Source: Candidatus Latescibacterota bacterium (GTDB lineage: Bacteria; Latescibacterota; UBA2968; UBA8231). From it: DNA of 64,000 nucleotides. Of this stretch, positions 54,848 to 64,000 are shown piece after piece (the stretch's first letter is position 1; each line of letters begins with the position of its first letter). The position numbers and the translations under genes are program-made. Below the pieces are notes generated by a model. That model ran no database searches and was not told the origin of the DNA. It was given only the letters and a program-made list of their open reading frames with translations. The stretch is taken from assembly GCA_965205655.1 (NCBI GenBank), contig CBDBIJ010000058.1:64001-128000 (forward strand). The letters are read 5' to 3'.

Positions 54848-55429
54848 ATGCCTAAAGTCAAGCTCAAAAATGCTGATATCGCGACGGAAGTATCAGGCAG
54901 ACTGCCCAAGTTTCCGAAATACACTACCCAAATTATGAACCTTGCCAACCAGAATGCTCAGGGTACGCGTCCAAGTGTCGTGGGCCAAATGACAGATCTC
55001 TTCCGTGAGTTCGGCGGAAAGACGTTTGAAGAATGGGACGCCTGGTACAGGCAACAAAAGCCAAGTGCACTGGATGATGCGGCTGACCGGGTTTACCCGA
55101 TGGCGGAGAACCTCCGTACCGCCATTCAGCTGATCGACAAAGGAATGGTGCGGGCTTGGATAGAGGATCTCGTGCTTGTGAAGACCTTCGTCGGTCTGTG
55201 CTTTCAGGGGGCTATACTATCCAAGATTGCGCAATTAAAAGGTGTTACTTACCGCGTATCCACACCAGCGGAGGAATCGCGGGGAATCGACGGGTTTATA
55301 GGAGATACGGCCGTCTCCATCAAGCCATCGACGTACACTGCCAAGGACATGTTAAGTGAGAAGCTACAGGGTGAATTGGTGCTATATGAAAAAAAGAAAG
55401 ACGGTATTGCGTTCTCTTTCGACTTCTGA
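54848..55429 (+). CDS. Type II restriction endonuclease, MjaI family
   Basis: FPKYTTQIMNLANQNAQGTRP..VGQM, EESRGIDGFIG..VSIKPSTY; GAGG RBS. Confidence 0.85.
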   Translation: MPKVKLKNADIATEVSGRLPKFPKYTTQIMNLANQNAQGTRPSVVGQMTDLFREFGGKTFEEWDAWYRQQKPSALDDAADRVYPMAENLRTAIQLIDKGMVRAWIEDLVLVKTFVGLCFQGAILSKIAQLKGVTYRVSTPAEESRGIDGFIGDTAVSIKPSTYTAKDMLSEKLQGELVLYEKKKDGIAFSFDF

Positions 55430-55432
55430 CCC

Positions 55433-56608
55433 CTATAGATCTAATTGCGTCTGAGAGGCCTCCGCCGGAATCGCGACCTTTCGCTTGCCTCCGGATCCAT
55501 TCGATCGGATGGGTTCAGTCGGTTGGACTACGAATTCGCCGACTTGTACGAATTCGGACTGAGGTTTGTCATCGTACTTTGTACGGTACGTCATGTTATC
55601 CGACCCGACTCTGACTTCATTCACGTCATTGAGGAGTAGCTCTTGTTCCTGCGAGGTCATAACTGGGAACCCGTAATGGCAATTCGTATGCCTGAGTGGA
55701 CCTCGCTCTGCGATCCGCGTTGCTGCCCACTCCACGTGTCTGGCCAACCGAGTACGACTATACTCGTTTGCAATACTGGGGACGGCTTGAAGGAGGGCCT
55801 GCACGATCGGCGCAAGAGTCACGTCAAACTCAACGCCTATCGAGTTTCTCCCTGACGCAAGGGCCGCTGCCATCGTTGTTCCAGTACCAGCAAAAGGATC
55901 TAGAACCACGTCTTCTTTGATAGAGAACATGCAGATAAGCCTATACGCCAATTCAAAGGGAAATGCGGCGCTCCGCTCACGTGCAGTCGCGTCGACTAGG
56001 CCCTGAGTGGTGCCTTTTATGTCAAACCACACATCAGAGAACCAGACGTTGCGTTCTTCCCAGAAAAAGGCACTCGCGCGTCTTCGGGATTTCTCTTCTG
56101 CACCGGTGAACATTCGCCGCTTGCCCTTTCTAAGAACCAGAACGTACTCGTGCTCGTACGTCACGTACGCACCCACAGGCAGCATCCCCGAGCCCATGAA
56201 CTTGTTTGGCGCGTTTGTTTGTTTGCGCCACAGAATGTCCGGTAGGGCCGCGAAACCCCTCCCGAGGAAGCTACTTAGTATTCGCGAGTGATTGGAGTAC
56301 AACTGGAAGTCACCATGGATTGTCCGTGTTGCGTCACCAATATTGATACAGGCGATCCCTCCCGGCTTCATGACCCGGTCGCATTCGGCCCACGCCGCGT
56401 CCAAGAGACCATGCATTTTCTCAAAGGCTGCGGCGCCCTCACCGTCCGTGAGATCAACGCCAATACGGTCATCTTGTTCCGTGAACATGCCATCCCACAT
56501 CTCTATCATGGGGTACGGTGGAGATGTCACGACCAGATCAACCGACGCGTCAGGGATCTCAGCCATAGACTGAGCAGGACAACATATTAGCTTGCTGATT
56601 GTTTCCAT
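55433..56608 (-). CDS. Beta-class DNA amino-methyltransferase (probably m4C), cognate to the REase
   Basis: Motif IV VTSPPY precedes motif I VLDPFAGTGTT; convergent with the REase, stops 3 bp apart. Confidence 0.92.
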   Translation of the reverse strand: METISKLICCPAQSMAEIPDASVDLVVTSPPYPMIEMWDGMFTEQDDRIGVDLTDGEGAAAFEKMHGLLDAAWAECDRVMKPGGIACINIGDATRTIHGDFQLYSNHSRILSSFLGRGFAALPDILWRKQTNAPNKFMGSGMLPVGAYVTYEHEYVLVLRKGKRRMFTGAEEKSRRRASAFFWEERNVWFSDVWFDIKGTTQGLVDATARERSAAFPFELAYRLICMFSIKEDVVLDPFAGTGTTMAAALASGRNSIGVEFDVTLAPIVQALLQAVPSIANEYSRTRLARHVEWAATRIAERGPLRHTNCHYGFPVMTSQEQELLLNDVNEVRVGSDNMTYRTKYDDKPQSEFVQVGEFVVQPTEPIRSNGSGGKRKVAIPAEASQTQLDL

Positions 56609-56740
56609 TATTTTTAGCTCTGGACTTCGCTTTTTTATCCCACTTCTACGTAGAGATTTAGGCGTTAGGCACTACTGAGTCAAGCACAATTGTTAGACTC
56701 ATTTGCTCACAGGCTGTTGGACACCTGATCACGTCATTAC

Positions 56741-56955
56741 TGGACTTGACCCCGTTTAGTGGACACCTCATTTCTTGTGAAAAGGAGGATGTCCCATGCC
56801 CCGAACTCGTACACCGTATCCGCCTGACTTCCGCGAGCAGATGGTTGCGCTCGTAAGAGCGGGTCGGACGCCGGATGAACTCGCAAGGGAATTTGAGCCC
56901 TCTGTGCAGACCATTCGCAACTGGGTGTTCCAAGCGAGTGTGGATGACGGCTCGA
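56741..56955 (+). pseudogene. IS3-family 5' fragment (left IR plus truncated orfA)
   Basis: TGGACTTGACCCCGTTTAGTGGACA; MPRTRTPYPPDFREQMVALVRAG...QTIRNW. Confidence 0.85.
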
Positions 56956-57530
56956 TCCCGTCGTCGCCATCTCCGGGCTGGAGGAGAGCGTGTTTCCGAC
57001 CTCCCGAGCCATAGAGGAAAGTCGGCTCGACGAGTCCGCCATCGAAGAAGAGCGGCGACTGCTCTACGTGGGCGTTACGCGAGCCCGTCGCCATCTCATG
57101 CTCAGTCGCGCCCGCTGCCGTTATACCTTTGGCTCGATTCAGGAATCCGAGCCCTCCCGCTTTATCCGCGAATTCCCCACCAGAGCTACTGCACAACTAT
57201 GCCGAACCGAAAGCCGGCATGGAATCGGAGTTGAGCCGGCGCCTGGGGAGGCGTCGAGGCCGGGCTCCGGCAAGGTAGTCTCAGCCGCCGGGGCCCGCGC
57301 GGAGTGGCGAAGCGAGGCCCGAAGGGGCCGACCGAGCCGGCGTTCACTACGAGTGGGACGAACCGTCTGCGGCAATCGAGCACGTCGATTCCATGTCCGA
57401 CGCTCTCGATGCGGACGACATACTGGCGGTCGGCCGCTGGGTTCTCCACGATACCTTCGGTCGAGGTCAGATCACGGCTCGTGAAGGCAGTGGCGAGCGC
57501 ACGAAACTGACGGTCCGCTTCGCGAACGGT
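56956..57530 (+). pseudogene. UvrD/PcrA helicase C-terminal fragment
   Basis: PVVAISGLEESVFP, EEERRLLYVGVTRA, PSRF; the Tudor-like tail HDTFGRGQI...LTVRF is in another frame. Confidence 0.88.
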
Positions 57531-57878
57531 GAAGAGCCACTTGGTGAGGAAGTCGCGCAACAGGAACTCGTCCCTGGTCATGTGCCAGAGGAGCAGAGGT
57601 CGCCATACCTCGCGGTCCACCCCGGCCTTTGCCAGAAGGACGAGGGGCCGGTCGCGGCCCCCTGGCTCGAAGCGGCGATTCAGCACTTTGCATACGTCGC
57701 GCAGCCAGTTTCGAGAGGCGACGCCGATACTGTTGGACTCTCGCACCTTGTCGAGGTTGGCCTTCTTCGACTGCGACAAGTCCCATTCTTGGAAGACGGC
57801 GTAAGTCTCCTCGACCAACGCCCCCTTGATGATGGTGAAGGAGGAGACGACATCGGCACGGGTGGAGACAGTGGCCAT
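57528..57878 (-). pseudogene. brxA: BREX BrxA (DUF1819) 5' fragment
   Basis: SSFTIIKGALVEETY...KVLNRRF...LLWHMTRDEFLLRDF; ATG overlaps the brxE stop (TGATG); cut off at the uvrD fragment. Confidence 0.7.
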
Positions 57879-58433
57879 CAGGCATCCGTTCGTGCGTAGG
57901 GTACCGCGAGATCGCCCTTCCCGCCGCGAAAAAACCCGGCGGCCAAAAGAGCCAGGGTACCTTCGTCCTCTTCGTCGAACCCCTGGTAGTGGGACGGCGC
58001 GTCCCTCCGCGGAGCGGCCCAACCTCTGCGCTTCGCTCACGGTGTCGCCGGTGATCAGCTCCAGACCCTTCAGCCAAACCAAGAGGTCCGAGCCCTCACA
58101 GGTCTGCAGCTCCCGGAAGAACGGCTCCCAATCGCTGGACTGGTCGAGCCAACCTTGGACCACTCGATCGACAGACTGTTCAATATCTGCCGAGAGCCGC
58201 CACAATGTAATGGCGCCCCGCGGATCGAAGACCTCGACTGAGCGCCGCGCTGCCACTGTGAGCGCCACCCGACCCTGGGCGAAGTAATGAGTCTTGGGGA
58301 AGCCGCGGCTGTATACCGCCGGGCCACGTGATCCAAGAACGCCCTGCGTGTTCCACCAGACAGCCCCGTTCATCTCGCCGAAACGGGCGACTGCGAGCCG
58401 GAGCCTGAGGAGGTGAGTAAGGTCTACTGGCAT
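57878..58433 (-). pseudogene. brxE: BREX type 6 BrxE-family gene with +1 frameshift
   Basis: LLRLRLAVARFGEM...WWNT..FPKTH.FAQ. Removing one G near 57980 restores ...LAAGFFRGGKGDLAVPYARTDA*. Confidence 0.72.
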
Positions 58434-58995
58434 AGAGAAGCCCGTTTCACAGCGAGTCCTGCCTTCCTGAGCACCAATTCCAACAGGAGCCCTATTCACT
58501 CACGCACAGGCCCTCCCCCTCGACACAGTAGGCGAATTCCCGTGGTGTGTCTGGACCGATCACAAGATAGCTGCGATCCAGGCTTTCGGCGATCAGCGGA
58601 AAAGCCCTCTTCACGAGGGAGCACATACCGTCTGCATCTGCCGCCGTTGACAAACCTGGAATCGACTGGAAGCCGATGACTGTGACCCGCACCTCGACAG
58701 CGAGCGCTTCATCTTCACCGCTGCCACCAGCGCGCTAGCCGCACTGGTCTTTCCATTTGCTTATTTCCTCCGTCCATCAGCCACTGTTTGCCGTTGCGCT
58801 ACACCCATCCCGCACCCGGTATCAGCGTGCCACCATCGCACTGCGCCTTGGGCCGTTGCATCGGCAAGTTTGGCGGCGTGTGGTCGGGGCAGTCGCCCCG
58901 GAAGGGTATATAGCCTAAGCAGCGGCTTTGGGATCGCTAAACCATATTCTATTGATCTTTCATTATCTTTCTTCGATAATAGGAGTTCGGCGAAG

Positions 58996-59223
58996 ATGGC
59001 TACTGAAGAAGGCTGGGTCGATATCGCCGAAGTCGCCGCGCATCTACAGGTGACCAAGGAATCCATATACCGGTGGGTCGACTCAAAGGGCTTTCCAGCT
59101 CGCCGGGTGGGACGGTTGCTTCGCTTCAAGCTCTCACAAGTAGACGAGTGGGTAGAGAAAAGCGGAGATGATTCCGAAAGTAGCTCATCCGGCAAGACGG
59201 CTAAGAACGAGAGTGACCAATAA
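58996..59223 (+). CDS. Excisionase-like HTH (HTH_17) DNA-binding protein
   Basis: WVDIAEVAAHLQVTKESIYRWV...PARRVGRLLRFKLSQVDEWV; AGGAG RBS. Confidence 0.88.
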   Translation: MATEEGWVDIAEVAAHLQVTKESIYRWVDSKGFPARRVGRLLRFKLSQVDEWVEKSGDDSESSSSGKTAKNESDQ

Positions 59224-59225
59224 GA

Positions 59226-59540
59226 ATGGCTGAGAACAGGGAGACCCCGTTGAGTGCTGACGCGCCCATCCGGCAAGGACATGCCCTGACCTGCCCGCTT
59301 TTTGGCGAACCGACGCCGTTAGAGACCGGCGGCTCAGGCGGTCCCGGCGTCTGGATCGCGGCCCTCGCCGGCAAGCGGTCGGAACAGTTCCGCCGAGTCA
59401 CGCTCACCACGGAGGGCATCTCCAACCAGACCATCGCCGTATCCTCTCAATATTGGCGGTTATTTTCCTCGGTCGCCGCGTACCAACCCATTCAAGAGAT
59501 GCTCTGCGGGGGCCAAGGGGTCATCAGAAGATCCGCATGA
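59226..59540 (+). pseudogene. Possible N-terminal fragment of a defence-associated SNF2 helicase
   Basis: IRQGHALTCPLFGEP...LAGKRSEQFRRVTL resembles, from memory, the N-terminus of DUF3883/SNF2 helicases; no helicase motifs remain. Confidence 0.4.
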
Positions 59541-59785
59541 CACTCGATGACCTCAGAATCCTCATCCAGGAGGGGGAAGGTACGACACTTGAGTTCAAGG
59601 AAAGTCTCTCGTCGTCTTTCGCACGGGAACTTGTGGCACTGGCCAACACCATCGGCGGAAAGATTCTTCTGGGTGTGCGTGATGACGGCACTGTGATCGG
59701 GCGTACAGGACTCCAACGCTTTACGTGCCCCTCCACTGGGACGAGAAAAAATCAAAACCATCCCTGTAAAGAACAACGCAATTAG
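59537..59785 (+). pseudogene. AlbA_2/Schlafen-domain fragment
   Basis: EGEGTTLEFKES...ELVALANTIGGKILLGVRDDG, then the similarity stops. Confidence 0.8.
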
Positions 59786-59946
59786 TGTCGTGAGGCGCTT
59801 GGCTCCGGGCGCATATCAGGGCGATCGCGTTCGTCGTAGTCGTGGTGCTGGTGTCAGTGAGCGTCGGGCTCGTGAGTATCGATGTGGGGAAGGCGCGCGA
59901 GGTGAGAGAGGCTCTCGAGACGGCGACGGTGGGGCCGTAGCTAGGC

Positions 59947-60153
59947 CTACCCGGCCTTATCTGCCTGCGGGGGCGGCTCCGGTGCGAGATGTACTTTCAC
60001 ATATTCGGTTGCAGACGTGTCGTTCGAGGGTGAAGCGAACTCCTTCGAGCTAGAGTCTGTCAACTGAGACACGTTCGAGAGGCCACTCGTTCCGTACATC
60101 GGAGCGACTGGGATTTTTCTTTCGTCTCGTTCGCCCTCTCGTGTTTCAGACAT
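59947..60153 (-). CDS. Small hypothetical protein (68 aa) downstream of the SDH protease
   Basis: Strong SD (GAGGAGGT) 4 nt before the ATG; starts 17 bp after the protease stop. Confidence 0.6.
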   Translation of the reverse strand: MSETREGERDERKIPVAPMYGTSGLSNVSQLTDSSSKEFASPSNDTSATEYVKVHLAPEPPPQADKAG

Positions 60154-60170
60154 GGGGACCTCCTCTCGAG

Positions 60171-61175
60171 CTAAGCTTCCTCAATCCAGCCTTCCCGGAG
60201 TACAATCTCTTGGTAGGCAATCTGTGGTATCGGCATCTCCGGTGTCTGGAACTTTACTCTTGAGATTTTCTTCTCCGTCCTGAACACATGCGTCGATTCT
60301 GTGGATTCTATGACACTTCGATCGAATTGGAATTGATCCTCGTCCTTCTGGCCGAGAACCGTTTCTGGATTGAACGGTGCCGTCAATTCTAGATATTCAC
60401 TGTAACCGTTGAACAGATCAGTCATGAGCCCCGCGAGAGCGGGGTTCGGTTCGATGACCTTGAGTCCGAGCATCTCTCTGGCTTCACGTCGGCCGATCAG
60501 GTAGTCGTGCGAGAATCTCTCCCGAGCCAAGACTGACACGACAGTCTCTATTTTCTTATCGTCATCTGTGTGGTATTTCATTAGTTGGGTGGCCAAGAAG
60601 GTAATCTGTTCCCGGGAACGATGCACGGCCCCAAGTACCATGGGGTGCACCTGATCAGCCAGTTTCTCAAATATGCGCCGCATCGACTCTTCTTCGCTGA
60701 GCCCCATTTCTTTGCCGAGGGACGAGAAAGCACTGACATCCTCGACATTGACAGGCACGCCACGCGGAGGCTGACCGGGCATTTGAACAGTGGGTCCAAG
60801 GGGATGCTCCAGGGACGGGTCGATTGGACTCAACTGCGCCATCGGAGACATGACAACTTCGTCTGCGCCTACTGAAATCAGTGTAGCGCAACTCAATGCC
60901 CTGAACTGAATCAGTACGTTGAATTCCTCGCCGAACTCTCGGATCAGGTTGACGAGCGCAAAGCCAGCAATCGTCAGTCCGCCAGGACTGTAGAGGAACA
61001 GATCAATCCGCTTCTGTGCCCCCATTTTGACGAGGTGATGGTGAAACATGGGGAACACGTCCATGCCGATCCTTGTTTCCATCTGCTGGCGATCGCCCGT
61101 GATGTACACGATGACTCTGGAGTCCCGCTCTTCCTCGATCTTCTTGATCAGCCCTTTTCGACCAGCTGTATCCAT
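60171..61175 (-). CDS. SDH_sah / ClpP-crotonase-like serine protease
   Basis: IDLFLYSPGG, ALSCATLISVGADEVVM..LSPIDP, SHDYLIGRREA. Confidence 0.85.
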   Translation of the reverse strand: MDTAGRKGLIKKIEEERDSRVIVYITGDRQQMETRIGMDVFPMFHHHLVKMGAQKRIDLFLYSPGGLTIAGFALVNLIREFGEEFNVLIQFRALSCATLISVGADEVVMSPMAQLSPIDPSLEHPLGPTVQMPGQPPRGVPVNVEDVSAFSSLGKEMGLSEEESMRRIFEKLADQVHPMVLGAVHRSREQITFLATQLMKYHTDDDKKIETVVSVLARERFSHDYLIGRREAREMLGLKVIEPNPALAGLMTDLFNGYSEYLELTAPFNPETVLGQKDEDQFQFDRSVIESTESTHVFRTEKKISRVKFQTPEMPIPQIAYQEIVLREGWIEEA

Positions 61176-61431
61176 GATGAATCCTGCAAATACTGTGCCG
61201 TCTATGCGATAAATGCAACTTCCACATGAATATACGCGATTTGACGACGATATGCGACGATGGTCCAGCCAGCGCGGGCAGACCTTGCCCCTTGAAGCCA
61301 GTAAAATAGGGCGATTCTTCAGCGTAATCTTCCGTAGAAGTACGGAACTTCGGTGGCATATAGTGGCTGAATCCGACCCCCCAGGGTCCTGCGGTGGCCC
61401 TCCGGTGGACGGTAGGAGCCTCAGGTCCTAT

Positions 61432-61460
61432 ATGCTAGATGAATGGGTGTCTGGCGTCAA
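61432..61460 (-). promoter_or_regulatory. Putative sigma70 promoter upstream of the SDH protease
   Basis: Minus strand TTGACG, 17 bp spacer, TAGCAT. Confidence 0.5.
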
Positions 61461-61618
61461 GCATTTTTTCTTTTCAGCGACAATTGTTTCTCCCGTTCTG
61501 TTGGTTGTACTTCCTGAGATGACCTCCCAGCATCGATGGGGTACCGGGTTCAGGTAGAGGTGGACCCCATCCTTTGGACAGCCGGGCAGCGGTGTTAAGG
61601 TGGACTCCATGAGGTTTG

Positions 61619-62464
61619 TTATGCTGCCCTTCGGCGAGCGTACTCCTCCATCGGCGTTCTGTCATCGGCGTGGGTCGAGTGAGGTCGTTCCTCGTTGTAG
61701 TATCTGATCCACGTAGCGATGGTCTGGCGAGCCTGGGGCCCGTCTTCGAAGTCGTGCAGGTAGACACACTCGTATTTGAGAGAGCGCCAGAGGCGCTCGA
61801 TGAAGATGTTGTCCATCCACCGGCCCTTGCCGTCCATCGAGATCCGGACCCCGGCTCGTTTGAGTACTTCAGTGAACTCCTGGCTGGTGAATTGGCTGCC
61901 CTGGTCGGTGTTGAAGATCTTCGGCCTGCCGTATTTGGCCAGAGCCTCCTCCAGGGCTTCCGTACAGAAATCACTGTCCAGTGTGTTCGACAAGCGCCAA
62001 GAGAGCACCGTGCGCGTCGCCCAGTCCATGATCGCCACCAGATACTGGAAGCCTCGTTGCATCGGGATGTACGTGATATCGGCGCACCACACCTGGTTCG
62101 GCCGATCGATCCGCACATGCCGCAGCAGATACGGATAGATCCGATGCGCTGGATGGGGCGTCGACGTTCTCGGCTTCCGGTAGATGGGAGCCAGACCTAT
62201 CTGCCGCATCAATCGACGAATCCGTTTGCGGCCGACACCGTAGCCCTGTCGCCGCAGGGAGCGCGCCATCTGTCGCGACCCGTACCACGGCGTGGTCAGA
62301 AACTGCTCGTCGATCAGGCGCATCAGCTTCAGGTTCAGAGCACTCTCACCCTTGCCCGCGTAAGAGTGCGAGGAGCGCGCGATGCTGACCAACTCGCACT
62401 GGCGTACGACGCTGAGCCGGGGATGATTCGCCTCGATCATCGCTGCCCTTCGACCGCGGCTCAA
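61619..62464 (-). CDS. IS3-family OrfB
   Basis: [36 protein letters not shown]. Confidence 0.92.
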   Translation of the reverse strand: MSRGRRAAMIEANHPRLSVVRQCELVSIARSSHSYAGKGESALNLKLMRLIDEQFLTTPWYGSRQMARSLRRQGYGVGRKRIRRLMRQIGLAPIYRKPRTSTPHPAHRIYPYLLRHVRIDRPNQVWCADITYIPMQRGFQYLVAIMDWATRTVLSWRLSNTLDSDFCTEALEEALAKYGRPKIFNTDQGSQFTSQEFTEVLKRAGVRISMDGKGRWMDNIFIERLWRSLKYECVYLHDFEDGPQARQTIATWIRYYNEERPHSTHADDRTPMEEYARRRAA

Positions 62465-62742
62465 CGACCGAAGGCTTTCGACAAAAAATCGTTCTCTACC
62501 GCCAGCTGGCCGATCTTGGCGTGCAGCGCCTTCACCTCCGCCTCTCGGTCCGCAGCACCACGAGACGTCTTCTTGGCGAACACGTCGGGAAGACTCTCCT
62601 TGGCGTGTCGCTTCCATTGTGCGATCATGTTGGGATGCACGTCATGCTTGGCCGCCAGCTCCGCCAGCGTTTTGTCGCCGACCAAAGCCTCCAGTGCGAT
62701 CTCGGCCTTGAATTCGGCTGAGAAGTTACGTCGGGTACCCAT
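62461..62742 (-). CDS. IS3-family OrfA
   Basis: RRNFSAEFKAEIALEAL...LHAKIGQLAVENDFL. Confidence 0.92.
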   Translation of the reverse strand: MGTRRNFSAEFKAEIALEALVGDKTLAELAAKHDVHPNMIAQWKRHAKESLPDVFAKKTSRGAADREAEVKALHAKIGQLAVENDFLSKAFGR

Positions 62743-62794
62743 GACTCAGATCCTTTCGCGTCAGGTTTGGGTCCAACTTAACATACTGTCCGAA

Positions 62795-63025
62795 GGTCAA
62801 GTCCTGAGAGTTCTGCAAAAGTAGAGGCAGGGTGAAGTCGATTCCGATCAGGCTACGGCGCTCATTTCGTTAGAGGGTGTAATTTTCAAGGTCTCGTACA
62901 AGGCGTTGAGTTGAGCTCGTTCCGTGACCGTGATTCCGACTCGCTGCCAGCTCTGTGCAGCTCGAATGAGCGTCGCATGAACGAGCTTCAGGCAACTCTT
63001 TTCGGTGAAGAATCGCGGCAAGGTC
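62795..63025 (-). pseudogene. IS256-family 3' remnant
   Basis: PRFFTEKSCLKLVHATLIRAAQSWQ C-terminus, then an end reading ...GGACTTGACC. Confidence 0.65.
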
Positions 63026-63043
63026 ATCATCATCATGTGATGG

Positions 63044-64000
63044 TCACTGGAGGAGCTTCCACAGCGCTATTATGTGGCGCACGGCAAACTCGGCGCGCAG
63101 CATGATCCAGTCGTACTGGTCCGCGAACTCGGGGAACTCATCAACGTGCTGGGCGTTGTCCACGAGCTCAATGAGAGCCAGGGCTGACTTGAGTTCAGTC
63201 CGCATGTAAGCGCGGTAGGCGTCGTTCTCACTGAAGTGGCAAAGCCACTCGATCTTCGTGGCCCGCGTCGGACGTCCGTGCCTGTCGATCTCCTTGTTGT
63301 TCTTCGTGGCCCATGGCAGAACGGCTTCATTGGGCGCGGCAGAGTGCAGGACGCCCTTCAGGAGCTTGCGCATCGAGGCGCTGCCCTGTGTCCAACCGTC
63401 CGGCCCGCGACCATCAGCGCGCGCCTTGACACCCCGGTACTGCTCAAGGAAGGCCGACTTTAGCTCGGGCAGCGTCTGTTCGAGGAACATCTCCGTCTCG
63501 GTGACGATCGTGCAACGCAGGGGAACGGTATGCTCTTCGTCCTCGTCTTCCAGCGGCTTGTGCGGGGTAATGCTGCGCACCGCGGAGGTGTGCACGAACA
63601 CGTCCATGGTCGGCAAGTCGGAGACAACCAGCGGAACCGAGACTAGCAAGCTACCCGGCTGGCTGAGCGACTCGATGAGATCGGCGTGCTGGAACAGCAG
63701 CCTGTCGGTCAAGCGTGCTACCGCGTCGCGTTGCAGGTCTGCTGCGGCGATAAGGCCACCGACCCGGTCAAAGTCAATGGTCGGCAGCGTGAATCGCGTT
63801 GCCTCGGTGAAGGACGACATCGCGGTTACGTGATCGGTCCAAGTCTTGTGCCGCAGGGCAAGGCGCTTGATCGTCTCGTACATCTGCTGCTGTCCGCGCA
63901 CGTAATGGTCCATCGCCGTCATGAAGTCCGGGGTCATGAGCTTGGCGAAGGCGGCTGCGGTGGAATCAACGAGCGCGGGGAAACGCAGGGCGAGGTTGCT
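63044..64000 (-). CDS. Protein with predicted pPIWI-associating nuclease-like C-terminal domain (5' partial)
   Basis: Frame is open to the window edge; SMRKLLKGVLHSAAPNE..W...GRPTRATKIEWL recalls the pP_pnuc_1 pattern. Confidence 0.55.
   Translation of the reverse strand, partial: SNLALRFPALVDSTAAAFAKLMTPDFMTAMDHYVRGQQQMYETIKRLALRHKTWTDHVTAMSSFTEATRFTLPTIDFDRVGGLIAAADLQRDAVARLTDRLLFQHADLIESLSQPGSLLVSVPLVVSDLPTMDVFVHTSAVRSITPHKPLEDEDEEHTVPLRCTIVTETEMFLEQTLPELKSAFLEQYRGVKARADGRGPDGWTQGSASMRKLLKGVLHSAAPNEAVLPWATKNNKEIDRHGRPTRATKIEWLCHFSENDAYRAYMRTELKSALALIELVDNAQHVDEFPEFADQYDWIMLRAEFAVRHIIALWKLLQ

Larger units (their letters stand above)
61555..62794 (-). mobile_element. IS3-family element; left IR truncated by an IS256 end
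   Basis: Right IR TGTCCAAAGGATGGGGTCCACCTCTA; overlapping orfA and orfB. Confidence 0.9.

Noticed and set aside
57186..58499. Single 437-aa BrxE-BrxA fusion protein
   Set aside because: Explained by a +1 frameshift in brxE and read-through into antisense uvrD sequence.
58760..58870. HsdR-like fragment (GAVRWWHADTGCG) on the minus strand
   Set aside because: The resemblance to the WHTQGSGK motif is too weak to support.
59794..59940. Single-TM peptide (IRAIAFVVVVVLVSVSVGLVSI) on the plus strand
   Set aside because: An in-frame stop lies just upstream and there is no start before the TM segment; at most a remnant.

Overview
High-GC bacterial chromosomal window in two parts. Bases 1-38,066 are mostly intact core genome: a partial secreted cohesin-like gene, an ISAzo13-family IS, pyrB, a GT39-like glycosyltransferase, a HEAT-repeat protein, a complete rrn operon (16S, tRNA-Ile, 23S, 5S), a glycogenin-like GT8, an EF-G2-type GTPase, yebC-ruvCAB-tsaB-rimI-malK-like-holB-rsmA, a large beta-barrel candidate, ilvE, a peptide ABC transporter, lysA, a NodU/SxtI-type carbamoyltransferase with an SxtJ-like gene, tadA and tRNA-Ser(CGA). 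From 38,067 to the window end lies a decaying, IS-riddled defence/genomic island. It holds IS3, IS1595, nested IS66, IS256 and IS30 elements; relics of a terminase, a PD-(D/E)XK nuclease, an MTase, BREX type 6 (brxE/brxA), an SNF2 helicase and an AlbA/Schlafen domain; and apparently intact genes for an MjaI-like type II R-M pair, an ApeA-like HEPN protein, an SDH/ClpP-like protease with a small partner ORF, a putative pPIWI-associated nuclease, and a dockerin-linker-HExxH secreted protein. The divergent rRNAs and the dockerin/cohesin style suggest a candidate-phylum organism such as Latescibacterota (inference only). All family calls come from motif recognition by eye; no database searches were run.
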